Positions 23,906 to 36,204 of a stretch of DNA of 64,000 nt are shown one piece after another. The DNA comes from Macrostomum lignano. Taxonomy: Eukaryota. The position numbers and the translations under genes are program-made. The stretch covers positions 930,001 to 994,000 of the forward strand of contig NIVC01000089.1 of the NCBI GenBank assembly GCA_002269645.1, written 5' to 3'. Each line of letters starts with the position of its first letter. The first letter of the stretch is position 1. Under the pieces are notes generated by a model that was not told the DNA's origin, ran no database searches, and worked only from the letters and a program-made list of their open reading frames with translations.

Positions 23906-26900
23906 TTAGCAACTTGGCGCAACAGAAAATTCATTGGTAAATACCTTTTTAGACTTCGATCTCCGCGCCGATTTCAGGCAAATCTGGGTTGCCTTTGGGC
24001 AGCACTTCCAGATGGCAGAGGCTCGGCTTGAACAATTGGCTGCCACGCAGTTCAGGCTGAGCTGCGGCTGCCTGTTCTGGAGCGGGCTGATTGGCTGGGT
24101 CAATTTTGCTTTCATCGCTCGACTCGTAGGCAACATTGGCCACTCTGTCTGGCGCAGCAGCTCCTGTGGTCGATCTGCCATCATCTGCAGCACCTTGATG
24201 ATGTGATTGCGATGAACTAGCATTTCAGCTGGGCATCCACGTCAGGCTGTCATAGGCTGGATCTTGTAGGCTACTTCGCCGACCTTCCTGTTGACCTTGT
24301 ACATGCTTTTGTATGGCTGGTGAAACTTCGGCAGCTCGCCCAACTCGAGCTTCGGGTTGGCCAGGCAGACCAGGTCTCCAGGCTGCAATTCCACTGGCTT
24401 GGGTCGGTTCTCGTAATATTCTTCGCAGCGTTGGATCTCAGCTTGCAATCACTGTCGCACAATCCTTTCAGTCTCGGCCAGTCTACGCTGATGCTTTGCA
24501 ATGTACTCGGGGAGGTCCGGTGATACGTCCAGGTGGTCTAGGGTGTTATCGATCAGATACCGATAGGGCACTCCATAGACAATGTAATGCGGCAAGAATC
24601 CCGTCGTACGGTTGACAGCTGATCTCAGGGCTGTCAGAGCAGCTGGCAGCATCTTGTCCCACTGTTGATGATCTTCTAGGAGATGAGTGAGCACCTTCTT
24701 GATGTTTTTGTTGCACAATTCAGCTTGACCATTGGCCCAGGGCGAATATGGCGGCGTCGTGGTTTGTCGAATGCCATAGACTTTGCAGAAATGTTGAAAC
24801 TCATGCCCTGTGAACTGTTTGCTTTGGTCCAAATAGATCCACGCTGGGATTCTAGTGATTGGGAAGACTTGTTCTTGCAGGAGAGTTATTATCGTCTTGG
24901 TGCGCTGATTCTTTATGGCAAAGCCAATGGATATTTCAACATAGTGTCGACGTAGGTTAGGATATACTTGTTACCACAGTCTGTTGGGTCTCCAATGGGG
25001 CCTAGAGTGTTGATTGCGCATCGCCCATAGATTTCGCAGACCAGAAATGATTGCACATGCGCCGCAATTTGTTGCCTTCCTTTGCTCTGAGTGCAGGTCT
25101 GGCAGGAAGCAATGTAGTCAGACACGGCCTTGGCCAGGGCCAGTCGCCAGAACCTTTCGTGCACCTTTGCAATGGTGAGGTCTCAGCCCATGTGTCTGCA
25201 GTAGGGCAAACCATGCAGGTTGGCAAACACCATGGCGTCGAGACTCTTTGGCAGGATGATCCTCGCTTTATCCTCTTTGCCCTTATTGTTGAGATGGATG
25301 ACTAATAGTCTATCATCTCGGACTTCCAATTGCTCATAGAATGCTAGGAGATTTCGCTCATCTCTTGTTAGATTTAAACGCTGATTCAGCGACAGCTTTG
25401 GTTGTTGACTTTTGATAAGGTTGATCATCATTGCAATGGCGGAGTCAGCACACTGGTGAGTCTGGAGCTCCTCACGTTATAACACTGGTCTTGGGATGTG
25501 ATCAGTTAAGTTCAAGGTTTGGCGTGTGTTAGTCGAATTAGTCGGCACGGCTTCAGCTGTGGTGGCATGGTTTGGGGTCTGGAGCTCCCTCCGCATGATC
25601 GCTACTCTGGCTGGTTGCCAGGTCATTAAAGAATTTGAAGACCAATCCTCGTTGGACATTTTGGCATCATTGTAGGCAAATTTGGATTCGTCAGCAGAGC
25701 TGTTGGTGTCGATGCTGAATCTCACTTTCTTGAACACATGACGGCGAGCGGATTGGCAGTGGTCGTCGCTGGCTGCGCTGTGGTCGCTGTCCTCGTCGCC
25801 TTTAGCTAATAGACAGTGGCTCCTTGAAGGGCAACATGTCGTGCTGCTAAAGCTGGTGGGCGACCTCTGAGTCTTGAAAACGGCTGGCCAATGGCCTCAG
25901 CTTCGTCACTGGCGGGTGCAGTGCTGTCAGCGGCTTGCTATTGGCTGTCAATGATGCTGGCAGCGTAGCCTTGCCATTGGACTCTTTCGTCTTCGTCGGC
26001 AGTTTTCGTCGATTCTGGCAGGTCAGTTGCTTTTTGCTTGGTGGAGAGCTAGGGTGGCTGCTGTTATGGACCTTCGGCGCCGCTGCGCCAGTTATTGTGG
26101 CTGGCTGCTTACTTTGGTCCTCGTCTGCTGCCTCACGCTGAGCCTCCTCCAAGCATTCAGCATCGTCCTCGGGCCGTCTCGAGAGACCGTCAGCATTCTG
26201 ATGCTGACTTGACTTTCGATGCAGGATCTCGAACTCAAATTTGCTGAGGCACTGTAGCCATTATCCAAAGATTTCTTCTTGCTGAGTTCACCTTAAGATC
26301 CAGGTTAATGCGGCATGATCGGTTCAGCAAGTGAACTTCTTAGCCAGCAGGTAGAATCGGAAGTGTTGCATCCCATCTACAACTGCCAATAGTTCTTGTT
26401 TAGTAATCAGATATCGGGCTTCGGCTGGTTTGAGTTGCCGGGAGAAATAGCCAATTGAGCACTCAACCCCATCAGCTTGGTGTTGGCTCAGGCAGGCTCC
26501 GATTCTGGTCACAGAATCATCCGTGTCCAGGATAAACATAACTTCCGGGTCCTCACTGAACTGCGGATATGCAAACACTAATGTTGAAGTCAAGGCTGCT
26601 TTGAGCTGGTCAAACGCGTCTTGCTGGGCTTTTCCCCATAAACAATTAAAATTTCGGATCTTCTTCTCCTTGATTAGATTGTAGAGCAGAGCAGCAAGTT
26701 CTGCATAGCCAGGTACAAATTTAGCATAGTAGGCACACGTGCAGACAAAACTCTTAAGTTGTTGAGCTGTTCTTGGTCTTGGCCAGGTCTGAATTGTCTC
26801 GATCTTCGCCGGGTCAGTTTTGATTCCATCCTTCATTACAATATGCCCAGGTAGTTTAGACTTGCCCAAAATAGATGGCACTTCTTGCCTTTGAACTTAA

Positions 26901-28340
26901 GATTAGCTTCTTGGACTCGCTTGAACACTTCTTCCATATGCTGTAGATGGTTATTAAATTTCTTAGAATAAACAATTACATTATCCAAATAGGCTATTGC
27001 ACTTTTGTAGATGATCCTGTTAAGCACAGCGTTCATGTGGCGCATGAAGCTGGCTGGAGCTGAACTTAATCCCATAGGCATAACATTGTAGGCAAATTGT
27101 CTGCGGTGCAGCGTAGCGAAAGCAGTCAGATCTTGATCTTCTGGACGCAGTGGAATCTGATAGTAGCCGCTATTGAGGTCAAACATGCTGAATAGCTGGC
27201 TTCCTTCGAGACTGGCGAATGCTTCTTGGATGTTCGGTATCAGGTATGGAAAGTACTTGCACTTCTGATTCAGACTCCAGAAATCTTGCACAATTCGCAG
27301 GCTGCCGTCCTTCTTCGGGATGATCACCAGTGGGGTGTTGTAGCTGGAGAAGCTCGGTTGGATCACGCCTTTGGCCAGGAGATTGTTGAATAGCTGATCC
27401 ACTTTGGGCAGCAGATGCGGCGGGATCTGGCAAGTCGGCAGATGCACTGGATTCATGTCCTTTAGCACAATACTGTGGGTGACCAGATGAGTTTGGCCGA
27501 GATCGTGTGGCCCCTGAGAGAAGATAGTCTTGTACTTCTTCAATAGCTCAATGACTTGAGCATGCTGGTCACTAGACAGATCTTTACTGATGTCGATCTC
27601 CTTGATCCAAGCGTCAGGATATTCGTCTTGGATTTTATTGACAGAGTCTTCTGGCTTCAGCAGTGGAAAGAACTGTAGCTCGGGCAGTTTGATTGGTCTA
27701 GCAATCCCAACTAAGGCATTCGCACATACTTTGATTGATGTTGTTCCTTGATTAATCATCTTGATAGTGCCTTCTCTGTTAGACATAGATATTAGTGCAG
27801 GCGCGGCGTCTAGATGCTGCATATCTTCTTCGCGCCGAGCCGGTTTTAGTGGCTCGATTACAGTAGGTATACCCTGGTTTTCTTCTTGTCCTTTAGCGAG
27901 TTTAATTTTAATTCAGGTTGATGACAGTGGCAGCACAGTAGTGCTCTTAGCTGTGTAGATTCTGCACGTGGTAGCCTCAGTTCGCATGTAGCGAAGCGGT
28001 GCGGCAGTGCCATCCTTGAAAAACAGCATCCCGGCGGCAAGATCCAGTGAGGTGCTGTACTTGTCCAGAAACTTGAAGCCCAGGATGTTGTCATGCGATC
28101 CTTTCGCTAGTAGAAACTTGACTGTTGGCTGAAAATTACCTATCTTCACTTTGATAGTTAGTTGGCCTGCCATTTGAATAGGTTCACCATTGTAGGTCAC
28201 GATATGTTGCAGGCAAGGCTCAATTTGGCCACGGAGGGTCAGGTCGTCGGTACATAGGCGGTGCCAGGTGCTGAATCCAAGGACTTCACACTTGGGCCCA
28301 GTGTCAAGTAAGAAAGCGAAATAATGACCTTGAATCTCAC
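23906..28340 (-). pseudogene. pol: Gypsy pol (protease, RT, RNase H, integrase), decayed
   Basis: FLLDTGP (protease), DFWSLN / FDLNSGYYQI / YLDNVIVYS (RT), FILDTDDS...IGACLSQ (RNase H), CQTCTQSK and TTPPYSPWANGQAE (integrase), FHQPYKSMYKV (GPY/F-like). Confidence 0.93.
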
Positions 28341-29771
28341 CAGTTAGAAACGGATCCCTTCAAGGTTGCTTAGGTGCAGAGTTCTGTACAGGTGCGGCAG
28401 AGGCAGTCTCAGCAGTGGCCTGCTGAGCGACTAAAGTCCTTGGCGGGGACTTTAGTGCTAGTGTGGCTGCTGGATGGCGCTGCCCCTGATGGTGCATCCA
28501 GCAGTCCCATTTCCCGAGCCGCCGTTGCGCTGGGGCGCGGTGCTGGCTGACCACTGGTGCAGGCATTTGTCGGTGCAATGCTCGCGATTGCACCTGTAGC
28601 ACATTGCACTTTGCCGTTGCAACTGATAGGGTGGCAGCCTTGAACCCAATTGTTGCTGCTGCGGCTGCTGCTGTGCTGCTGTGGTCGACGTTGACCTCCT
28701 GCTGGCAGCGTTCTCGGCAGCAGGTTGCTGCCATCTCTCGGTTGCTGAAGTCAATGGTACCAAACATCTGGAGCGCTGGCCCCACGAGTCCCGTGGCTGG
28801 TGGCGAGGTTCCCATGGCTCTGGGGTGTCGTTGTTGCGCGATCCCCGTGAGTAGAATTCTCGCATTTCATTACTCAAAGTCTCTAGTAGGTGTCGTTGCT
28901 CTTGCAGTGTCTCGGCTTGTTGTTCCATGACCTCATGCAACCAGTTTTCCTCAGGCCGAGATGACTTGGTGTCGTGTTGCACCACAGTTGATGTCTGACT
29001 ATTGTCATCTTTGAGAACCCGGACGTGTCTCGCTGCTGGCAGCGGTGCTACTCGCTGAGCCAGACTAGCTGCTGTCTCCAAGCGTAGCATGGCCCTTCTT
29101 GCTGTGGTCAGATTTTGCAGTTGCACCAGGATTAGCTGCTCTCTGGCTGACTGAACAATCCACACTCCCACCATAAACTGATCCACCAGTTCTGCCTGCT
29201 TCTGAACCAGGTAAAATGCAGGAATGCTCAATCGGCCAGAGCAGTTAGTCGATCGCCATAGTTGTCCACACTCTTGTTCTTGCCTTGCTGACAGCTTCGG
29301 AACTGCTCCCAATACTCCAGTGTGTCAGCCATATGCGTAAAGCATTCAGACAATCTGTTTGAACTCACCAAACATTAGATTGTCTGGCAGCTCCATCCTG
29401 ATGACTGCGGGATAGGTTGTGGCAATGTCCAAATTCACAAGGACCTCTGCCTTCTTGCGTCTATCGTCTGTGATCCCATTGAGCTTGCAACACTCTTCCA
29501 GAGCCTGGATCCTAACATTGAATTCCTGGTTCTGCGTGTACCGCTGAATCTTGACTGGTTTTGGTGCCAGAGCTCAATCCTGCTGCTGGGGCTGCTGGTA
29601 TACATGATGATAGTGTTGCGGCTAGCCTAGGCTAGTCTGCTCCAGTTGCCAGCGCACCTCTTCGGTCATCATGCAAATCATCTCGTTGTAGGTCAGTCTA
29701 GTAGTTGAGTTGTTGGGGCCCGCGGCATTGGCTGTCGCGTCTGTGGCTGTTGAATTAGTAGTTGAAGCCAT
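28340..29771 (-). pseudogene. gag: Gypsy gag with zinc knuckle, decayed
   Basis: ATG at 29771 just after the PBS; CYRCNREHCTDKC knuckle; several in-frame stops. Confidence 0.8.
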
Positions 29772-29820
29772 AGTACTGTAGCATTTGAATGACTCATTGA
29801 AAGGGTTTTAGCGTTTTGTT

Positions 29821-29841
29821 ATCCCACTTAGCTGACCACCA
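29821..29841 (-). promoter_or_regulatory. Primer-binding site TGGTGGTCAGCTAAGTGGGAT
   Basis: Starts with TGG one nt after the 5' LTR end; complementary to a CCA-ended tRNA 3' end; isoacceptor not determined. Confidence 0.75.
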
Positions 29842-29842
29842 G

Positions 29843-30853
29843 TGAGGTGGGGGTGGAAAAAAGTTTTCTTGGAATGGTTGGTTTTGAAGTTTGCTGACAC
29901 CAGTGAGGTGGGGCAGATTCCATGTTTGGATTGCTGCTGATGTCGAGTTCGCATGAATAAAACCGGAAAAATCGCGCAGTTGAATCTCAATGGGAAAACT
30001 TTCTCCTTTTACTCCAACTGCCAGGTTCTCAAGTCCAGGGGAAGGGTAGTCGTAATCCTAGCAGAGCGGTTGTGTAGCGGCGCGGCCATTCAAAGCAATA
30101 AAACACCAGAGAATTTTGACACTGTAAACTAATGCGTTGAGTTGCTGAGTTTGTTACCTTCAGTAGGGTAGTTGCTGCCACCACCGTAATTTATGTATTA
30201 TGGAACGAATAAGTCTCAGAGCTTTCTTTGAGATGAGAACTTTAGTTATTTTATGCCCCACGGGCAAATGACTCAATAAGATACTATGGCTTATAGATCA
30301 ATGAATAAATATGGATTCAAAGTTTATTAAGTGTTGTTACTTATTTATTGATGAGCAGGCTAAAATTTTTTAATGTTATTTTTGGACAAAGATTAAATTT
30401 GCAGGCGGCACCTAGGTGCTAAATGAAATAGAAATTAGATACGCTGAGTTTTAAGGAGCCAAACAGGCAAAAATAGCAAAAGATGGAAACAATGAAAAGA
30501 AAAAAAGAAAAGAACAGGAAGGGATGAACATTTCATGAAAATAGAAGGGGTTTATATAGCAGAGAAAACAGGTCCACATATAGGAGCATCTAGTGGACAA
30601 AACGTTGAACATACATGGTTCACAAATTGGGTTGCATGCAAAAACCGTTGGGAGAAATGCATTTCAACAAAACTTCCAGCATGAGGGCACGCATGTGCAC
30701 TGCATGGACTAACTGTTGGAAAAACCTGTTGGACGAAGTCCAAACCAAGGAAAATAAAATTTAATTTTTGTACACCACGCAGACAGTCTTAGTGGAAACA
30801 GTTTTAGTTAGTCATCGATACTTGTTCAATCAAAGTGGCATCCGCCTGCCACA
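29843..30853 (-). repeat. 5' LTR of Gypsy element (1011 bp)
   Basis: Direct repeat of 14412-15471. Confidence 0.93.
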
Positions 30854-32426
30854 ATATACACCTCTAATGCAACAAGGCATGCCAGAGGTCTAAGGGACAG
30901 TGCACTAGAGGGGCTAAGGGGTGGTTTGCCAGAAGGGCTAAGAGGCCATAATTCAAAAGGTGATATGTATTTTGGGATTTCTTGGTATACAACAAGGTAA
31001 AGGGTCTTACCATTTTTCAGCATATATCAAGGCATACCATGTACATAATATAATAAATACAGTACATGGTGTCAAATGACATTTTTTGTATTTGCATATA
31101 AACCCAACATGCAAACAAGGTCTTGTCATTTTTTCTAGTATTAAACCTGGTATATACTAATACACAATCCAAACTATGGCTAAAAGGTAGGATGCCAATG
31201 GGATAGCACACCAAAGGGGTAGTGCATACTTGAAAGATGGCACATAGAAGTGTAGCTTACTTGTGCTATTCTTCTGGCTATACCAAATTGCCAAAGGCTT
31301 TTAACACCTATGTAGCATTAAGAAGATTGCCAATATATCATAGCAGTTTTAGTTCAAGAAACATTTTTATAATAGATAGTCTATAAACCCCTAGGCCAAA
31401 GTGAGGAGGCATGCAAAGTTATGCTTTTTCTGCAAATTTTTGCTTAGTGAAAAATATAAAACTACTTATTAGCTGAATAATAAAACTTATAAGACAATAA
31501 GGTAGACAGCTTAGGCAAGTTGGTCAAAGTTAATTCTATCATTTATTTAATATAATTTGCGTATTGTCCCCTAGATTGGCATTGTTTCACATGCAAAGTA
31601 TGTTATTCTTGGCGTGCATCTATGGACTTGGAGAATTTATTCCAATAGGGCAAAATAAAAATGTTAATAAAATAGACCAAATTTCAAAGTGATACTATGA
31701 AAACTATTACTTAATTGACAATTTAGTAAATATTCCATTTTTTGCCAAAGGCAAAGCCCTATTGCAGCCAAGGTTTAATGGCCATTGGCTGGAATAGAGA
31801 CAAAGTGCCAAGTGATAAAGTGATAAAACATTAAACATTAAAACATCATTAATTACCTTAACAAAACATAAGTAAATTTTTATAAATATACACTTAATGC
31901 CCCATATACAATACACATTTGGTAACAAAAAGGCTATTACCAAAATGGATGACCCCAAAGTGACTATCAATGAAATAACTGGTCCCCCTTAAAGCATAAG
32001 ATTATAGATTGTCGAAGTCACTTGCTGGACCTCTTGGCTGCTATACCTCTATATTCTCCCTTGCTTCCATAGTCCTCTAGATGCAGAAACTGGATATGGA
32101 AACTGTGGGGTTCAAAAACCTTAATATCTATAACTTCCCATAGTCATATCCATAGCTATAGTGAAACTCCAATAGTGTTATGATTACATTTTTGTGTATA
32201 CTACTGTACCAACAAACCATTTTTAGTAAATTGGATTCTTTATTTCAAAACATATATAAATGATATCTTACCCAAAATCAATAACAAATGTTAGTAAGTG
32301 AAAAAAGGTAAATTAGTGAGTAAACAGCCGTTTCCATGTCAGCATATTTTTACTTGTTAGTTTCTGATTATAGACCTAATAAATTATAGGAAATTATAAG
32401 AATAAATGAATCACTCCATACTGCAG

Positions 32427-35400
32427 GCCAAGCAACATCGCTGGCCTCAGTGGCAGTGGCAGGATCAACAGCCGCCATGCCAGTCAGCTGCCTGGCCCGC
32501 AGGCGGCTGCACAGCTCGCGGCAGCTGTTGAAACGGGACTACTACGAAGTGTTGGGAGTCGGCCGGCAGGCCAGCCAGAAGGACATTAAGAAGGCCTACT
32601 ATGAGTTGGCTAAGAAGCACCACCCGGATGTCAATAAGAATGATCCAACTGCCGCTAAGAGGTTCCAAGAGGTATCCGAGGCCTATGAGGTCTTGTCTGA
32701 CGAGTCCAAGCGTAATCAGTACGACACCTTCGGCATGCACGGCCCCCAGGGACAGCAGCATCCTGGAGGTGGCGGCGGCGGCGGCGGTGGTGGCTTCTCT
32801 GGCTTTGAGAACTACCAGGGTTCCATTGATCCCGAGGAACTGTTCCGCCGCATATTCAGGTTTAAATAAAATCCATATTCGAATTGTTCTTCAGGTGTGG
32901 CTGTCCCTATCCATCAGATTATTCAGGTGTGGCTGTCTCTATCCCCCAGATTCTTCAGGTTTGGCAGTCCCTATCCATCAGTTTCTTCAGGTGTGGCTGT
33001 CCCTATCCATCAGATTCTTCAGGTGTGGCTGTCCCTATCCATCAGATTCTTCAGGTGTGGCTGTCCCTATCCATCAGATTCTTCAGGTGTGGCTGTCCCT
33101 ATCCATCAGATTCTTCAGGTGTGGCTGTCCCTATCCATCAGATTCTTCAGGTGTGGCAGTCCCTATCCATCAGATTATTCAGGTGTGGCTGTCCCTATCC
33201 ATCAGATTCTTTAACTAACCTTATCTCAGAATTGTCAGTCTTCTTATAGCCTTATCCCGAATCCACTCTGCAGAGACGCTGGCTTCGACTTCGGTCGAGG
33301 CGGTGGCGGCGGCCGCGGCGGCGCCGGAGGGCCGGGAGCCGCGGAAAACATCTTCGGCTTTGCACCGGCAAGGTAAAAGTCACCTCCTTGTTTGGCTTTC
33401 GAAAATGCAATCTGAATGACCTGAATCTGAATGACCTGAATCTGAATGACCTGAATCTGAATGACCTGAATCTGAATGACCTGGATCTGAATGACCTGAA
33501 TCTGAATGACCTGAATCTGAATGACCTGAATCTGAATGACCTGGATCTGAATGACCTGAATCTGAATGACCTGAATCTGAATGACCTGAATCTGAATGAC
33601 CTGAATCTGAATGACCTGGATCTGAATGACCTGAATCTGAATGACCTGGATCTGAATGACCTGAATCTGAATGACCTGGATCTGAATGACCTGGATCTGA
33701 ATGACCTGAATCTGAATGACCTGAATCTGAATGACCTGAATCTGAATGACCTGGATCTGAATGACCTGAATCTGAATGACCTGGATCTGAATGACCTGGA
33801 TCTGAATGACCTGAATCTGAATGACCTGAATCTGAACTAACCTGAATCTGAACTAACCTGGCCAATTATTCAGGGAGGTGACGCTGAATCTCACCTTCGA
33901 GGAGGCGGCGCGCGGCGTCAACAAAGAGGTGACAGTTGGGGTCAAGGACACCTGCGTCAGGTGCTCGGGCAGCGGCAGCGAGCCGGGATCGAAGCCAATG
34001 GTCTGCCCGCAGTGCAACGGCACCGGCATGGAGTCGCTAACCACTGGCGCTTATTTTATGCGAACAACCTGCCGCAGATGCGGCGGCGCCAGGCAGATTG
34101 TTAAAAATCCCTGCGTAGATTGTCGGGGCGCCGGACAGACTACTCAGCGAAAGCGACTCGTCATACCTGTACCTGCTGGGGTCGAGGCTGGGCAGACACT
34201 GCGAGTTCCCGTTGGGCGGCAAGAGATCTGGGTCACTATCCAGGTGAGTCAGGGTTTTCTGGGTCTGGGTCACTATCCAGGTGAGTCAGGGTTTTTTGGG
34301 TCTGTGTCACTATCCAGGTGAGTCAGGTTTTTCTGGGTCTGTGTCACTATCCAGGTGAGTCAGGGTTTTCTGGGTCTGGGTCACTATCCAGGTGAGTTTT
34401 GCTGGGTCTGAGTCAAGGTTGTTGTCTATCTGGGTCGGGGTTGGTGCTTTTTTGGGTCAGGGTTCGTGCCGATCTGGGTCAGGGTTGGTGCCTACCTGGG
34501 TCAGGGTTGGTGCTTACCTGGGTCAGGGTTGGTGCCTACCTGGGTCAGGGTTGGTGCCTGCCTGGGTCAGGGTTGGTGCCTACCTGGGTCAGGGTTGGTG
34601 CTTACCTGGGTCAGGGTTGGTGCTTACCTGGGTCAGGGTTGGTGCCGATCTGGGTCAGGGTTTGTGCCTACCTGAATCAGTTATTCCGATTCACTAAGCG
34701 ACTTTCGTCCGCCCGCAGGTGGAGCGGAGCCGGAACTTCCGCCGTGAAGGCGCGGACATCCACTCGGACGTGGACGTGTCAATCAGCCAGGCGGTGCTTG
34801 GCGGTAAAGTGCGGGTGCCGGGACTCTACGAGGACCTGACCATCGCTATCCCGCCGGGCACCGGGTCGCATGAGCGAATCCGCCTGCCGGGCAAGGGCAT
34901 CGCCAGGTTCAACTCCTTCGGCTACGGCGATCACTACATTCACGTGCGGGTCCGCGCCCCGCGCCGCCTCACGGAGGCTCAGCGCGCTCTCATGCTCGGA
35001 TTCGCCGAATTCGAGGGTCCTGCAGACCGGACAAGGGGCAGCGTTGACGGGGTGACTCAGGCGCCCGAGTCTGGTAGGTGAAGGGGGAGTTGAAAGTCTT
35101 TGTTCCCAGTGTAGAAATCCCATATCAGTCTTTGTTCCCATTGTTGAAATCTCATATCAGTCTTTGCATGTTCCCATTGTAGAAATCCCATATCAGTCTT
35201 TGTTCCCAGTGTAGAAATCCAATATCAGTCTTTGTTCCCATTCTGGAAATCCGGTGCCAGTCTTTGTTTTTCCCAGTGTCGAAATTCGGTGTCAGTCTTT
35301 GTTCCCGGTGTAGAAATCCCATATCAGTCTTTGTTCCCAGTGTAGAAATCCAATATCAGTCTTTGTTCCCAGTGTAGAAATCCAATATCAGTCTTTGTTC

Positions 35401-36059
35401 CCAGTGTAGAAATCCAATATCAGTCTTTGTTCCCAGTGTAGAAATCCCATATCAGTCTTTGTTCCCATTGTAGAAATCCCATAACAGTCTTTATTCCCAG
35501 TGTAGAAATCCCATATCAGTCTGTTCCCAGTGTAAAAATCCCATATCAGTCTTTGTTCCCAGTGTAGAAATCCCATATCAGTCTTTGTTCCCAGTGTAGA
35601 AATCCAATATCAGTCTTTGTTCCCATTCAGGAAATCCGGTGCCAGTCTTTGTTCCTAATTTTTATAATCCTCTTCAGTCTGTTCCGACGGTATTCTGTAC
35701 TCTTAAATTCCATATAAAAAGTTAAGCTCTGATTCACAGATCCCTTTATTTGTTTGTTTTTTTTATTCTCAAAGCCTGTTTAAATTTGACAACCCCGCAA
35801 GTATTACTTGCGGTAGCCAATGGGCTACTGCAGGAGGGGATAATAATCCGGTTGTTCCCGCATTCCAGACGCCTTCCAAGCGATTGACACAACCGAGAAC
35901 TTTCTGTTATCGCAACTGAAGGCTGTCATTGTCCAGAATAACTTGGCGGTCAAGAAGGACAAGGGCGGCAGAGGAGAGGACAGACAGAAACCCGACAGCA
36001 GCGAGCCGGACTCCACCAGCAATTCTACTGAGAAGGCCAGCGCTTCGAAGAAGGGTTAA
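32427..36059 (+). CDS. DNAJA3: Mitochondrial DnaJ/Hsp40 type I (Tid1/DNAJA3 orthologue-like), exons 2-6
   Basis: Exons 32427-32859, 33274-33372, 33874-34243, 34719-35073, 35869-36059, GT-AG and phase-compatible; J domain DYYEVLGV...HPD, G/F region, four CxxCxG motifs, C-terminal EGADIHSD...GDHYIHV; RRRLHSSR presequence. Confidence 0.93.
32885..33210. repeat. 32-bp intronic minisatellite (TTCTTCAGGTGTGGCTGTCCCTATCCATCAGA)
   Basis: Tandem array in a DNAJA3 intron. Confidence 0.95.
33405..33860. repeat. 15-bp intronic minisatellite (TGACCTGAATCTGAA)
   Basis: Tandem array; final units change TGACC to TAACC (CTAAC) just before the acceptor. Confidence 0.95.
34228..34670. repeat. 37-bp splice-donor-containing repeat (x5) followed by a 22-bp repeat (GGTCAGGGTTGGTGCTTACCTG)
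   Basis: CAG|GTGAGT at 34244, 34281, 34318, 34355, 34392. Confidence 0.93.
35095..35650. repeat. 32-bp intronic minisatellite (CAGTCTTTGTTCCCAGTGTAGAAATCCCATAT)
   Basis: Tandem array. Confidence 0.95.
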
Positions 36060-36204
36060 AATAACATTTTAGCCACCAATTTTATCATCATGTTATTGTC
36101 TGTGCCCATTGGTCGGCTAACTCCGGCCCGCGAAGGCTCTCTATCCGGCCCTCGGGTCCTTTGAAACTGCATGCACAATAGCAATCCGGCCCGCTCTAGG
36201 CTTG

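Larger units (their letters stand above)
14412..30853 (-). mobile_element. Ty3/Gypsy LTR retrotransposon, full length but decayed, with nested insertions
   Basis: Two ~1-kb LTRs with TG...CA ends; 4-bp TSD ATAT (14408-14411, 30854-30857); PBS; gag then PR-RT-RH-IN order. Confidence 0.93.

Noticed and set aside
31560-31970. Possible degenerate coding remnant
   Set aside because: Many stops and no diagnostic motif; cannot be assigned.
33388-33865. NDLNL and SDSGH repeat 'proteins'
   Set aside because: 15-bp intronic repeat bounded by DNAJA3 splice sites; open frames follow from the unit length being a multiple of 3.
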